Shown here in pieces: positions 1 through 13,700 of a stretch of 64,000 bases of DNA (positions are counted from its first letter, which is position 1; every line of letters begins with the position of its first letter). The stretch spans positions 23,126,001 through 23,190,000 of the forward strand of contig OZ360228.1 in assembly GCA_977017645.1 (NCBI GenBank), in the 5' to 3' direction. Under the pieces are notes generated by a model. It worked only from the letters and a program-made list of their open reading frames with translations, was not told the DNA's origin and did no database searches. A program made the position numbers and the translations under genes. The stretch comes from Torpedo marmorata (taxonomy: Eukaryota).

Positions 1-959
1 GGACAGGTGGGAGGGTTTGAACGCCGGGCAAGAGTCCCACCGCATACCCTCACCATTGTGACCATCCCACCAGTAACCTCCTGGGAGGGGGTCCATCATT
101 CACCAGAGACCCACCTGGACCAGCCACACAAACACTGAGGCTACAGTGCCAGGCCAGAGATGAGTGTCCGGTGACATGCAACTCGCTTCCTGACCTCCCA
201 GCTGCAGGACACGTCAGGAGGGTGAGGGAGCACTGGTCACTGGCCTGGGAAGCCACAGTTCCACTGATACCCAAGGTCAAGGGTACGTGAGTAGACTCCC
301 TCCTTGTAGGTGGCGTTTCCACATCCAAGAGGTCTGACACCATCCAGGACAGAGTACCCCCCCCCTCAACACCAGTGCACAGCGTGAGCCTCTGCACGAT
401 CCCGCCAGCACCCTCACCCCCACCTCCTTCTACCACCGAGGGGGGCCGGGGCAGAGGGCCTTCATCCCCGGGAGCTCCCTCCCCACCAGCAACGTGGGAG
501 CACCTTCGCCAGGCCTGCGGCAGATCAAGGAGGCAGCTCAGCCCCACCTTCTCGGGGGCAATCAGTGGGGTGGTACAAGAAATGCCAGGCTTGCTAGTGA
601 CACCCAGATCCTGAGAAACAAACCCATAAAACACCCTGCAGAGGCTCGACGCTGCCTCTGCCCCTCCCTCCAGGGTACGAGGGGGGAGGACACGGGCACT
701 AGAAGGCAGCTGAACTCCACCCTTCATTCGTCGCAGTTTCTCCGGATTTGGGTGAGAGAAAGAGGATTTGACCCTGACCAGAATATCGCCCACCATCAGG
801 AGTCTGAGGTAACCCAGGCAGAGGGAGCACAACTGCATCCATGGAAGTGGCCTCAGCTCAACACTGCCCTCTGGAGGGTCAGGAGCGACGTACATGACGA
901 TAACCAGCAACAAGGGGAAAAATGAATGCTCCAGACATCTCCAGAAAGGTTTGGCATTG

Positions 960-965
960 TTTATT
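960..965 (-). terminator. Probable polyadenylation signal AATAAA of the CRIP2-like gene
   Basis: tttatt on the plus strand, ~750 nt after the stop codon, in an AT-rich patch. Confidence 0.6.
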
Positions 966-1402
966 AACAGTAAAAGATACCTCAGTTAGCTTTCATTAAA
1001 AGAAGCTTCTGTTTGTTGGTACATTTTTTAAAAATGCATTAAGCTGTACTTTGCTGAATATAATACTGTAAGAGGCCCAGAATGGTGAGGAATGATGACA
1101 TTACACAGGTCTTCACCAGGAGATCAATACAAGGTCGCTGGGGCAGGCTGGTGTGGCTGCAGGAGACATCCTGCCTTCACGGGGCTGGCAGCCACCTCGG
1201 GCTTACCAGCGACCTCGGCTCCGAGACCGCTGGGAAAAACCCTGGACATCTCCGCCCGGCTGGGAGGCCGTGGAAGTGTGCAGGCCAGCGGCAGGGAGCT
1301 GCGCCCTCAACCACACAAATTCAATACTAGTCGGTCAACAGCACGCTACAGTTCAAACTACAGTTAGTACCTGGGATAGGCCTAGTTCTAAGCTAATGGC
1401 AC

Positions 1403-1658
1403 TGTGTGTTGTGAGTAGTGTGTGTGTGTTGTGAGTAGTGTGTGTGTGTTGTGAGCAGTGTGTGTGTGTGTTGTGAGTAGTGTGTGTGTGTGTGTGTTGT
1501 GAGTAGTGTGTGTGTGTGTGTTGTGAGTAGTGTGTGTGTGTTGTGAGTAGTGTGTGTGTGTGTTGTGAGTAGTGTGTGTGTGTGTGTGTGTTGTGAGTAG
1601 TGTGTGTGTGTGTTGTGAGTAGTGTGTGTTGTGAGTAGTGTGAGTGAGTGAGTGTGTG
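1403..1658. repeat. Compound (GT)n microsatellite punctuated by ttgtgagta, in the presumed 3'UTR
   Basis: Direct inspection. Confidence 0.95.
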
Positions 1659-1708
1659 CACCTTGCACCAGCAATGACAGATCAGAAGTCTTCGATGCCT
1701 CCACCCCG

Positions 1709-1773
1709 TCACTGGTCCCCGGGGACATCCACCTTATCGTAGATATAGCTCCCAACAACTCCAGTGTTGACCC
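1709..1773 (-). CDS. CRIP2: CRIP2-like exon 8 coding part ([21 protein letters not shown])
   Basis: tttgcag|GGGTCAAC...CAGTGA; stop TGA at 1709-1711. Confidence 0.93.
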
Positions 1774-4700
1774 CTGCAAAGATGGCAAAGGGGAGGTTAA
1801 CATGAGAAACAGGAGAAAGAGCCGGCCACAAATCCCATCGAACCTGCTCCACCATTTAACATCATTGCTGATCGGGCCGTGGACTGGCTTCCACCTACCC
1901 TTTATTGTCCTATTATGCAAAAATCTACCCATGTCTTAAATACATTTAATAAATCTTCCTCTACTGCTCCCTTGGGCAGAGTCCTCCACAGATTCACCAC
2001 TCTCTGGGAGAACCAGTTCCTCCTCATCTCCGTTCTAAGTCGACTCGCCCGGATCTCGAGGTATTCTCCCCGAGTTCTAGTCTCACCTACCAGTGAAACC
2101 AACCTCCCAAACCCCACTGGGACCCCCGTGCATCAAACCCCACTGGGACCCCCGTGCCTTCAGCCCCAAACCCCACCAGGACCCCCGTGCCTTCAGCCCT
2201 AAACCCCACTGGGACCCCCGTGCGTCCAGCCCCAAACCCCACTGGGACCCCCGTGCGTCCAGCCCCAAACCCCACTGGGACCCCCGTGCGTCCAGCCCCA
2301 AACCCCACTGGGACCCCCGTGCGTTCAGCCCCAAACCCCACTGGGACCCCCGTGTGTTCAGCCCCAAACCCCACTGGGACCCCCGTGCGTCCAGCCCCAA
2401 ACCCCACTGGGACCCCCGTGCGTCCAGCCCCAAACCCCACTGGGACCCCCGTGTGTTCAGCCCCAAACCCCACTGGGACCCCCGCGCATTCAGCCCCAAA
2501 CGCCACTGGGACCCCCGTGCGTCCAGCCCCAAACCCCACTGGGACCCCCGTGTGTTCAGCCCCAAACCCCACTGGGACCCCCGCGCATTCAGCCCCAAAC
2601 GCCACTGGGACCCCCGCGCATTCAGCCCCAAACGCCACTGGGACCCCCGTGTGTTCAGCCCAAACCCCACTGGGACCCCCGTGTGTTCAGCCCAAACCCC
2701 ACTGGGACCCCCGTGCATTCAGCCTAAAACCACTGCACTCAAACTCAGTTTGAGTTTAGAGAAAATAAGGAGTCACACATTTGATGTATTTGTTAAATTT
2801 GAGGAGACTTGGAGACTATTTTTAAATTATTTTCACATTATTTAACTGTACAATCAGTTTCCATTCTGGACAATTGTTATATTTATTTTTTCCTTCTCTT
2901 TTTACTACGGTGTAAATCAGCTGACGGACTTTATTTACCAATAAACTTTCAAGATAGACTGCCCTGTTTTTTTTCTGTTCTGTTTTATTTAGATTAGGTG
3001 GGGGTTTCGTCGGAAAACATTTATTTTTCTTTTCTTTTTGCTTTTTGTTTTTTTTCTTTTTCTTCTTCATTTCTGAAAAATTCCATTTGAGGAGATGAGA
3101 AACTATTAGAATATATTGGTTAATTATGAGATAAGGCAGATTATTATTGTACTGATTTTTTTTTAATGTTTATGTATTCTTATTGTCCTCATATTTTGAT
3201 CACATTAAAATATGTTAGTGAGAAAGGGAGAGGAGGAGATCGGAGAAAACTATATATAAATGATCAATATTTGTGGTACCGAAGATATATCTCGATTGTT
3301 CCTCACTGTTAAATTGTACTCATTCTGTGCAACATTGCCTTTTTAATTTTAATTTCCGTATTGTAATTTTTTAAAAATCAATAAAAAGATCGAATAAATA
3401 AATAAATAATAAGAAAGACCCCACAGTACACTGGATCCCCAACACGTTCAAAAACACAGACAGCCAGATGCACTGAGGACAGGGAGTCTGAACCCAGAGC
3501 CACGATTGGGGTGAATCAGTTCTGGATAAGTGGCACAAATCCTGCCAATATCCAAGCTGGGACTGAGAAAACTACTGCCTCTGTGGAAGTTAGGGTAACA
3601 GAGACAAGTCAGCAGAGGCCTGTAAATGTGCTCCTGCCCAGACATTGTACGTGACAGTGCATCATTTTTCAGTGCTGTCTGTGTGGAGTTTGCACATTCT
3701 CTGTGTCAACCAGGCGCTCCAGTTTCCTCCCACGTCAGCAGGTTTATTGGCAACTGTAAACTGCCCCAGTATGTAGGCGAGGGGCAGAATCCAGGGGGAG
3801 TTGATGGGTAAGGCGGGAGAATAAAATGGGTTAAATGTTGGGTTCACAGAGACAGCTGGGTGATTGCTGCCACAGACTTCATGTATTTAAATGTTGGGTT
3901 CACAGTGACAGCTGGGTGATTGCTGGCACAGACCATGTATTTAAACGTTGGGTTCACAGAGACAGCTGGGTGATTGCTGGCACAGACTTCATGTATTTAA
4001 ACGTTGGGTTCACAGAGACAGCTGGGTGATTGCTGGCACAGACCATGTATTTAAATGTTGGGTTCACAGAGACAGCTGGGTGATTGCTGGCACAGACCAT
4101 GTATTTAAATGTTGGGTTCACAGAGACAGCTGGGTGATTGCTGGCACAGACTTCATGGATTTAAATGTTGGGTTCACAGTGACAGCTGGGTGATTGCTGG
4201 CACAGACCATGTATTTAAATGTTGGGTTCACAGAGACAGCTGGGTGATTGCTGGCACAGACCATGGATTTAAATGTTGGGTTCACAGTGACAGCTGGGTG
4301 ATTGCTGGCACAGACTTCATGTATTTAAATGTTGGGTTCACAGTGACAGCTGGGTGATTATTGCCACAGACTTCATGGATTTAAATGTTGGGTTCACAGA
4401 GACAGCTGGGTGATTGTTGCCACAGACCATGGATTTAAATGTTGGGTTCACAGTGACAGCTGGGTGATTGTTGCCACAGACTTCATGTATTTAAATGTTG
4501 GGTTCACAGAGACAGCTGGGTGATTGCTGCCACAGACCATGGATTTAAATGTTGGGTTCACAGTGACAGCTGGGTGATTGTTGCCACAGACTTCATGTAT
4601 TTAAATGTTGGGTTCACAGTGACAGCTGGGTGATTGCTGGCACAGACCATGTATTTAAATGTTGGGTTCACAGAGACAGCTGGGTGATTGCTGGCACAGA

Positions 4701-7700
4701 CTTCATGTATTTAAATGTTGGGTTCACAGAGACAGCTGGGTGATTGCTGCCACACATCATGTATTTAAATGTTGGGTTCACAGTGACAGCTGGGTGATTG
4801 TTGCCACAGACCATGTATTTAAATGTTGGGTTCACAGTGACAGCTGGGTGATTGCTGGCACAGACCATGTATTTAAATGTTGGGTTCACAGTGACAGCTG
4901 GGTGATTGCTGGCACAGACCATGTATTTAAATGTTGGGTTCACAGTGACAGCTGGGTGATTGCTGGCACAGACCATGTATTTAAATGTTGGGTTCACAGA
5001 GACAGCTGGGTGATTGCTGGCACAGACCATGTATTTAAATGTTGGGTTCACAGTGACAGCTGGGTGATTGCTGGCACAGACTTCATGTATTTAAACGTTG
5101 GGTTCACAGTGACAGCTGGGTGATTGTTGCCACAGACTTCATGGATTTAAATGTTGGGTTCACAGAGACAGCTGGGTGATTGCTGGCACAGACCATGTAT
5201 TTAAATGTTGGGTTCACAGAGACAGCTGGGTGATTGCTGGCACAGACTTCATGTATTTAAATGTTGGGTTCACAGTGACAGCTGGGTGATTGCTGGCACA
5301 GACCATGTATTTAAATGTTGGGTTCACAGTGACAGCTGGGTGATTGCTGCCACACACCATGTATTTAAACGTTGGGTTCACAGAGACAGCTGGGTGATTG
5401 CTGCCACAGACTTCATGTATTTAAATGTTGGGTTCACAGTGACAGCTGGGTGATTGCTGGCACAGACCATGTATTTAAATGTTGGGTTCACAGTGACAGC
5501 TGGGTGATTGCTGGCACAGACCATGTATTTAAATGTTGGGTTCACAGTGACAGCTGGGTGATTGCTGCCACACACCATGTATTTAAATGTTGGGTTCACA
5601 GAGACAGCTGGGTGATTGCTGGCACAGACCATGTATTTAAATGTTGGGTTCACAGTGACAGCTGGGTGATTGCTGCCACACACCATGTATTTAAACGTTG
5701 GGTTCACAGAGACAGCTGGGTGATTGCTGGCACAGACCATGTATTTAAATGTTGGGTTCACAGAGACAGCTGGGTGATTGTTGCCACAGACTTCATGTAT
5801 TTAAATGTTGGGTTCACAGAGACAGCTGGGTGATTGCTGGCACAGACCATGTATTTAAACGTTGGGTTCACAGAGACAGCTGGGTGATTGTTGCCACAGA
5901 CCATGTATTTAAATGTTGGGTTCACAGTGACAGCTGGGTGATTGCTGGCACAGACCATGTATTTAAACGTTGGGTTCACAGTGACAGCTGGGTGATTGCT
6001 GGCACAGACCATGTATTTAAATGTTGGGTTCACAGTGACAGCTGGGTGATTGCTGCCACAGACCATGTATTTAAACGTTGGGTTCACAGAGACAGCTGGG
6101 TGATTGCTGGCACAGACCATGTATTTAAATGTTGGGTTCACAGAGACAGCTGGGTGATTGCTGGCACAGACCATGTATTTAAATGTTGGGTTCACAGAGA
6201 CAGCTGGGTGATTGTTGCCACAGACTTCATGTATTTAAATGTTGGGTTCACAGAGACAGCTGGGTGATTGCTGGCACAGACCATGTATTTAAACGTTGGG
6301 TTCACAGTGACAGCTGGGTGATTGCTGGCACAGACCATGTATTTAAACGTTGGGTTCACAGTGACAGCTGGGTGATTGCTGGCACAGACCATGTATTTAA
6401 ATGTTGGGTTCACAGAGACAGCTGGGTGATTGCTGCCACAGACTTCATGTATTTAAATTTTGGGTTCACAGTGACAGCTGGGTGATTGCTGGCACAGACT
6501 TCATGTATTTAAATGTTGGGTTCACAGAGACAGCTGGGTGATTGCTGCCACAGACCATGTATTTAAATGTTGGGTTCACAGAGACAGCTGGGTGATTGCT
6601 GCCACAGACCATGTATTTAAATGTTGGGTTCACAGAGACAGCTGGGTGATTGTTGCCACAGACCATGTATTTAAATGTTGGGTTCACAGAGACAGCTGGG
6701 TGATTGTTGCCACAGACCATGTATTTAAATGTTGGGTTCACAGAGACAGCTGGGTGATTGCTGGCACAGACCATGTATTTAAATGTTGGGTTCACAGTGA
6801 CAGCTGGGTGATTGCTGGCACAGACTTCATGGATTTAAATGTTGGGTTCACAGAGACAGCTGGGTGATTGCTGCCACACACCATGTATTTAAATGTTGGG
6901 TTCACAGTGACAGCTGGGTGATTGTTGCCACAGTCCATGTATTTAAACGTTGGGTTCACAGTGACAGCTGGGTGATTGCTGCCACACACCATGTATTTAA
7001 ATGTTGGGTTCACAGAGACAGCTGGGTGATTGCTGCCACAGACTTCATGTATTTAAATTTTGGGTTCACAGTGACAGCTGGGTGATTGCTGGCACAGACT
7101 TCATGTATTTAAATGTTGGGTTCACAGAGACAGCTGGGTGATTGCTGCCACACATCATGTATTTAAATGTTGGGTTCACAGAGACAGCTGGGTGATTGCT
7201 GGCACAGACCATGGATTTAAATGTTGGGTTCACAGAGACAGCTGGGTGATTGCTGGCACAGACCATGTATTTAAATGTTGGGTTCACAGAGACAGCTGGG
7301 TGATTGCTGGCACAGACCATGTATTTAAACGTTGGGTTCACAGTGACAGCTGGGTGATTGCTGGCACAGACCATGTATTTAAACGTTGGGTTCACAGTGA
7401 CAGCTGGGTGATTGCTGGCACAGACCATGTATTTAAATGTTGGGTTCACAGTGACAGCTGGGTGATTGTTGCCACAGACTTCATGGATTTAAATGTTGGG
7501 TTCACAGAGACAGCTGGGTGATTGCTGGCACAGACTTCATGTATTTAAATGTTGGGTTCACAGAGACAGCTGGGTGATTGCTGGCACAGACCATGGATTT
7601 AAATGTTGGGTTCACAGAGACAGCTGGGTGATTGCTGGCACAGACCATGTATTTAAACGTTGGGTTCACAGTGACAGCTGGGTGATTGTTGCCACAGACT

Positions 7701-10700
7701 TCATGGATTTAAATGTTGGGTTCACAGAGACAGCTGGGTGATTGCTGCCACAGACTTCATGTATTTAAATGTTGGGTTCACAGAGACAGCTGGGTGATTG
7801 CTGGCACAGACCATGGATTTAAATGATGGGTTCACAGAGACAGCTGGGTGATTGCTGCCACACATCATGTATTTAAATGTTGGGTTCACAGAGACAGCTG
7901 GGTGATTGCTGGAACAGACCATGTATTTAAATGTTGGGTTCACAGAGACAGCTGGGTGATTGCTGCCACAGACTTCATGTATTTAAATGTTGGGTTCACA
8001 GAGACAGCTGGGTGATTGTTGCCACAGACCATGTATTTAAATGTTGGGTTCACAGTGACAGCTGGGTGATTGCTGCCACACACCATGGATTTAAATGTTG
8101 GGTTCACAGTGACAGCTGGGTGATTGCTGCCACAGACTTCATGTATTTAAATGTTGGGTTCACAGAGACAGCTGGGTGATTGTTGGCACAGACTTCATGT
8201 ATTTAAATGTTGGGTTCACAGAGACAGCTGGGTGATTGCTGGCACAGACTTCATGTATTTAAATGTTGGGTTCACAGAGACAGCTGGGTGATTGCTGGCA
8301 CAGACCATGTATTTAAACGTTGGGTTCACAGAGACAGCTGGGTGATTGCTGGCACAGACCATGTATTTAAATGTTGGGTTCAGAGTGACAGCTGGGTGAT
8401 TGCTGCCACACACCATGTATTTAAACGTTGGGTTCACAGTGACAGCTGGGTGATTGCTGGCACAGACCATGTATTTAAATGTTGGGTTCACAGAGACAGC
8501 TGGGTGATTGCTGGCACAGACCATGTATTTAAATGTTGGGTTCACAGAGACAGCTGGGTGATTGCTGCCACAGACTTCATGTATTTAAATGTTGGGTTCA
8601 CAGTGACAGCTGGGTGATTGCTGGCACAGACCATGTATTTAAATGTTGGGTTCACAGTGACAGCTGGGTGATTGCTGCCACACACCATGTATTTAAACGT
8701 TGGGTTCACAGTGACAGCTGGGTGATTGCTGGCACAGACCATGTATTTAAATGTTGGGTTCACAGTGACAGCTGGGTGATTGTTGCCACAGACCATGTAT
8801 TTAAATGTTGGGTTCACAGTGACAGCTGGGTGATTGTTGCCACAGACTTCATGGATTTAAATGTTGGGTTCACAGAGACAGCTGGGTGATTGTTGCCACA
8901 GACCATGTATTTAAATGTTGGGTTCACAGAGACAGCTGGGTGATTGCTGGCACAGACCATGTATTTAAATGTTGGGTTCACAGAGACAGCTGGGTGATTG
9001 TTGCCACAGACCATGTATTTAAACGTTGCGTTCACAGTGACAGCTGGGTGATTGTTGCCACAGACCATGTATTTAAATGTTGGGTTCACAGAGACAGCTG
9101 GGTGATTGCTGGCACAGACCATGTATTTAAATGTTGGGTTCACAGAGACAGCTGGGTGATTGCTGCCACACATCATGTATTTAAATGTTGGGTTCACAGA
9201 GACAGCTGGGTGATTGCTGGCACAGACTTCATGTATTTAAATGTTGGGTTCACAGAGACAGCTGGGTGATTGCTGCCACAGACTTCATGTATTTAAATGT
9301 TGGGTTCACAGAGACAGCTGGGTGATTGTTGCCACAGACCATGTATTTAAATGTTGGGTTCACAGAGACAGCTGGGTGATTGCTGCCACACATCATGTAT
9401 TTAAATGTTGGGTTCACAGAGACAGCTGGGTGATTGCTGGCACAGACCATGTATTTAAATGTTGGGTTCACAGAGACAGCTGGGTGATTGCTGCCACACA
9501 CCATGTATTTAAATGTTGGGTTCACAGAGACAGCTGGGTGATTGCTGGCACAGACTTCATGTATTTAAATGTTGGGTTCACAGAGACAGCTGGGTGATTG
9601 CTGCCACACATCATGTATTTAAACGTTGGGTTCACAGTGACAGCTGGGTGATTGTTGCCACAGACTTCATGGATTTAAATGTTGGGTTCCCAGTGACAGC
9701 TGGGTGATTGCTGGCACAGACCATGTATTTAAATGTTGGGTTCACAGAGACAGCTGGGTGATTGCTGCCACAGACTTCATGTATTTAAATTTTGGGTTCA
9801 CAGTGACAGCTGGGTGATTGTTGCCACAGACCATGTATTTAAATGTTGGGTTCACAGAGACAGCTGGGTGATTGTTGGCACAGACCATGTATTTAAATGT
9901 TGGGTTCACAGAGACAGCTGGGTGATTGCTGGCACAGACTTCATGTATTTAAATGTTGGGTTCACAGAGACAGCTGGGTGATTGCTGGCACAGACCATGT
10001 ATTTAAATGTTGGGTTCACAGAGACAGCTGGGTGATTGCTGCCACAGACTTCATGTATTTAAACGTTGGGTTCACAGTGACAGCTGGGTGATTGTTGCCA
10101 CAGACTTCATGGATTTAAATGTTGGGTTCCCAGTGACAGCTGGGTGATTGCTGGCACAGACCATGTATTTAAATGTTGGGTTCACAGAGACAGCTGGGTG
10201 ATTGCTGCCACAGACTTCATGTATTTAAATGTTGGGTTCCCAGTGACAGCTGGGTGATTGCTGGCACAGACCATGTATTTAAACGTTGGGTTCACAGAGA
10301 CAGCTGGGTGATTGCTGCCACAAACCATGTATTTAAATGTTGGGTTCACAGTGACAGCTGGGTGATTGCTGGCACAGACCATGTATTTAAACGTTGGGTT
10401 CACAGAGACAGCTGGGTGATTGCTGGCACAGACCATGTATTTAAATGTTGGGTTCACAGAGACAGCTGGGTGATTGCTGCCACAGACTTCATGTATTTAA
10501 ACGTTGGGTTCACAGTGACAGCTGGGTGATTGTTGCCACAGACTTCATGGATTTAAATGTTGGGTTCCCAGTGACAGCTGGGTGATTGCTGGCACAGACC
10601 ATGTATTTAAATGTTGGGTTCACAGAGACAGCTGGGTGATTGTTGCCACAGACCATGGATTTAAATGTTGGGTTCACAGAGACAGCTGGGTGATTGCTGG

Positions 10701-13700
10701 CACAGACTTCATGTATTTAAATGTTGGGTTCACAGAGACAGCTGGGTGATTGCTGCCACAGACTTCATGTATTTAAACGTTGGGTTCACAGTGACAGCTG
10801 GGTGATTGTTGCCACAGACTTCATGGATTTAAATGTTGGGTTCCCAGTGACAGCTGGGTGATTGCTGGCACAGACCATGTATTTAAACGTTGGGTTCACA
10901 GAGACAGCTGGGTGATTGCTGGCACAGACCATGGATTTAAACGTTGGGTTCACAGTGACAGCTGGGTGATTGCTGCCACAGACCATGTATTTAAATGTTG
11001 GGTTCACAGTGACAGCTGGGTGATTGCTGCCACAGACCATGTATTTAAATGTTGGGTTCACAGAGACAGCTGGGTGATTGCTGGCACAGACCATGTATTT
11101 AAATGTTGGGTTCCCAGAGACAGCTGGGTGATTGCTGGCACAGACCATGGATTTAAACGTTGGGTTCCCAGAGACAGCTGGGTGATTGCTGCCACAGACC
11201 ATGTATTTAAATGTTGGGTTCACAGTGACAGCTGGGTGATTGCTGGCACAGACCATGTATTTAAATGTTGGGTTCACAGAGACAGCTGGGTGATTGTTGG
11301 CACAGACCATGTATTTAAACGTTGGGTTCCCAGAGACAGCTGGGTGATTGCTGCCACAGACCATGTATTTAAACGTTGGGTTCCCAGAGACAGCTGGGTG
11401 ATTGCTGCCACAGACCATGTATTTAAACGTTGGGTTCACAGAGACAGCTGGGTGATTGTTGGCACAGACTTCATGGATTTAGGGCCTGATTCGGCACTGT
11501 ATACGTAACTAACCCTATGGGATGGTCGTGAATAAACAGGATGGTTTTGTGGGATGGGCAGATTCAAGGAACCTGGAAATACCGCAGCACAACTCACTGG
11601 GGGCAGCTAGGAAAAACAGTCATACACACGGGCAGCGGGTGCACAAGGAGCAAGGTTACATGGTGTCCTCGGACCACAGTCGACAAGTACTCTCACCATG
11701 CTACAGAGAGGGCATGATGGCACTGTGGAACGATGCAGGGGAGTAGATAGTCAGGAGAACCTGGGGGTGGAAGGTGACCTCAGTGTTCAAAACCTCCGTG
11801 AACCAGGAAAACGGCCCCAACTGATGAACCAGAAACACCGGGTGCAGATTTAGTTGGGTGACTGGATGGAAAGCCTGCAAAAGCCGTCAGCAGTCATGGT
11901 CTTTTGAGGTAGAAGTTCAAGGCAGCACTGGATGGCACTTGAGACACGAGTTGTAGGGCCTGGGGACAAGACTGTTCTTACAGAGAATCGATGGGCCAAA
12001 TGGCTGCCTTCCAGGCTGTATTCAAAGGTGAATGGAAAAGGAGGCATGTTAAGCAGGCAGCCTTCTCCCTCAAGCTCGAGGGGAAACGCTGCCCCAGGTG
12101 CCTGCCTGAAATTGATTCTGTTTACCTTTTGGTCCAAACAGGATTCCGTAGCAGGGCTTGTGGCAGTAAGGGTGTCCGTCGTGCTGAATGAAGAAAAGGG
12201 AAAACAATTCAATAGGTACCAACCCTCAGCAGGCAGTTCAATTACATTCAGTGTCGCACCGGGTAGAGCCACAGACACAGCCCCAGGAACCCAGGTTCAA
12301 TCCCCACCTCTGGTGCCAATTTGTGTAGAGTTTGCACGTACTCCATGTGACCGTGTGGGCTTCCCCAAGGTACTCCAGTTTCTTCCCACATCCCAGAGAC
12401 GTGTGGGATAACTGGCCGCTGTAAATTGCCCTCCAGTGTGCGGGCGAGGGGTAGAATTGGGTTTGATGGGAATCAGAGAAAATAATGGTCGATGGTCAGC
12501 ATGGACTCGGTGGGCCGAAGGGCCTGTTGCCTCCATGCTGCGTGACTATCACCTAATCATCGGGCGATTGCCTCACTCCTGCTATGCTGTTGAGGCGGCC
12601 ACATCATTATCCCTTGTGTGTCACTCCTCCCACCCCCTCTCCATCTGTGCGTCCGTCCGTCTGTCTCTCCCTCCGTCCGCCTCTCCCCGTCCAAATGTCC
12701 TGGGGAGGTGAAGGACACGGGCTTTTGCCTTGCAAAGCTGCAGGGCTGAGAGAATGTCTCGGTGCTCACCGTGGCCAGCCACTTCAATTGCACACTCCCT
12801 GCCGCACCGACATATCTGTCCACGGCCTTGCACTGTCCATACGAGGCCACTCTTAAATTGGAGGAACACCTAATATTCCGTCTCGGCAGTCTCCAACCAG
12901 ACAGCATCAAGAGCAACTTCTCCAATTTCCGATAACCCCCTCCCCCAGTCTCCTCTTTCCCTATCCCTGTCTCCCTATCGCCATCCCCATCCCCGATCAG
13001 AGAACTACCCTTCTCGACCCTCTCCCCCATCACTTCTCAGCTCCTTTCTCTTCTACCCTCCCACCTGTATCCATCTGCTTGCCCGTGCTCCTCCCTCTTC
13101 CCTCACACCCCCCCCCCCTTTATTCGGGCGCCTGCCTGTTTTGGGCACACCAAAAGAAGGGCTCAGGCCCGAGATGCCGACTGCTTTTTGCTCTCCATGG
13201 ATGCTGTGTGACTTGCTGAGTTCATACAGCAGGTTTGTGTGCTGCACTGAGATACGGTGGCCTTACACACACAGCTCTGGCCGGAGGCACCTTATAACGC
13301 AGCCAAGCACAGCACATCAAGGCAACACCCCTGCCCCTGGGGCTTGCAGTGGGGCCCAGGCAGCAAGGCTTTGTGAAGTCTTCTACCATGAAGGTGGGTC
13401 AGTGGTGGGGAGCACCGGGTGGATGTGGCCCGCAGGCCCTGGGCCAGCGGGGGTCGCGGGCGAGGCCCTGGGCCAGCGGGGGTCGCGGGCGAGGCCCCAC
13501 TCAGTCAGTGCGAGGCCCTGGGTCAGTAAGTGTTGTGCGCGCCAGGCCCTGCCCGATCAGCTTTCTTGCCACAAGGACAGACAGGAGCAGGACAGACAGG
13601 AGCAGGACAGACAGGAGCAGGCCAGACAGGAGCAGGCCACTCAGCCGCCCCCTCCGCCTATCCATTTTTTTTTTGGAATATTTTATTTTTAAAGACCACA

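Noticed and set aside
50-925. 287-aa minus-strand and 143-aa plus-strand ORFs
   Set aside because: No recognisable domain or splice structure; GC-rich chance ORFs, although an exon of a neighbouring gene cannot be excluded.
3831-11508. Many 18-aa-periodic ORFs on both strands and a superficially CRISPR-like array
   Set aside because: Head-to-tail tandem units with no unique spacers and no cas genes, in a vertebrate intron. The ORFs arise because 54 is divisible by 3 and break at every 56-bp unit.
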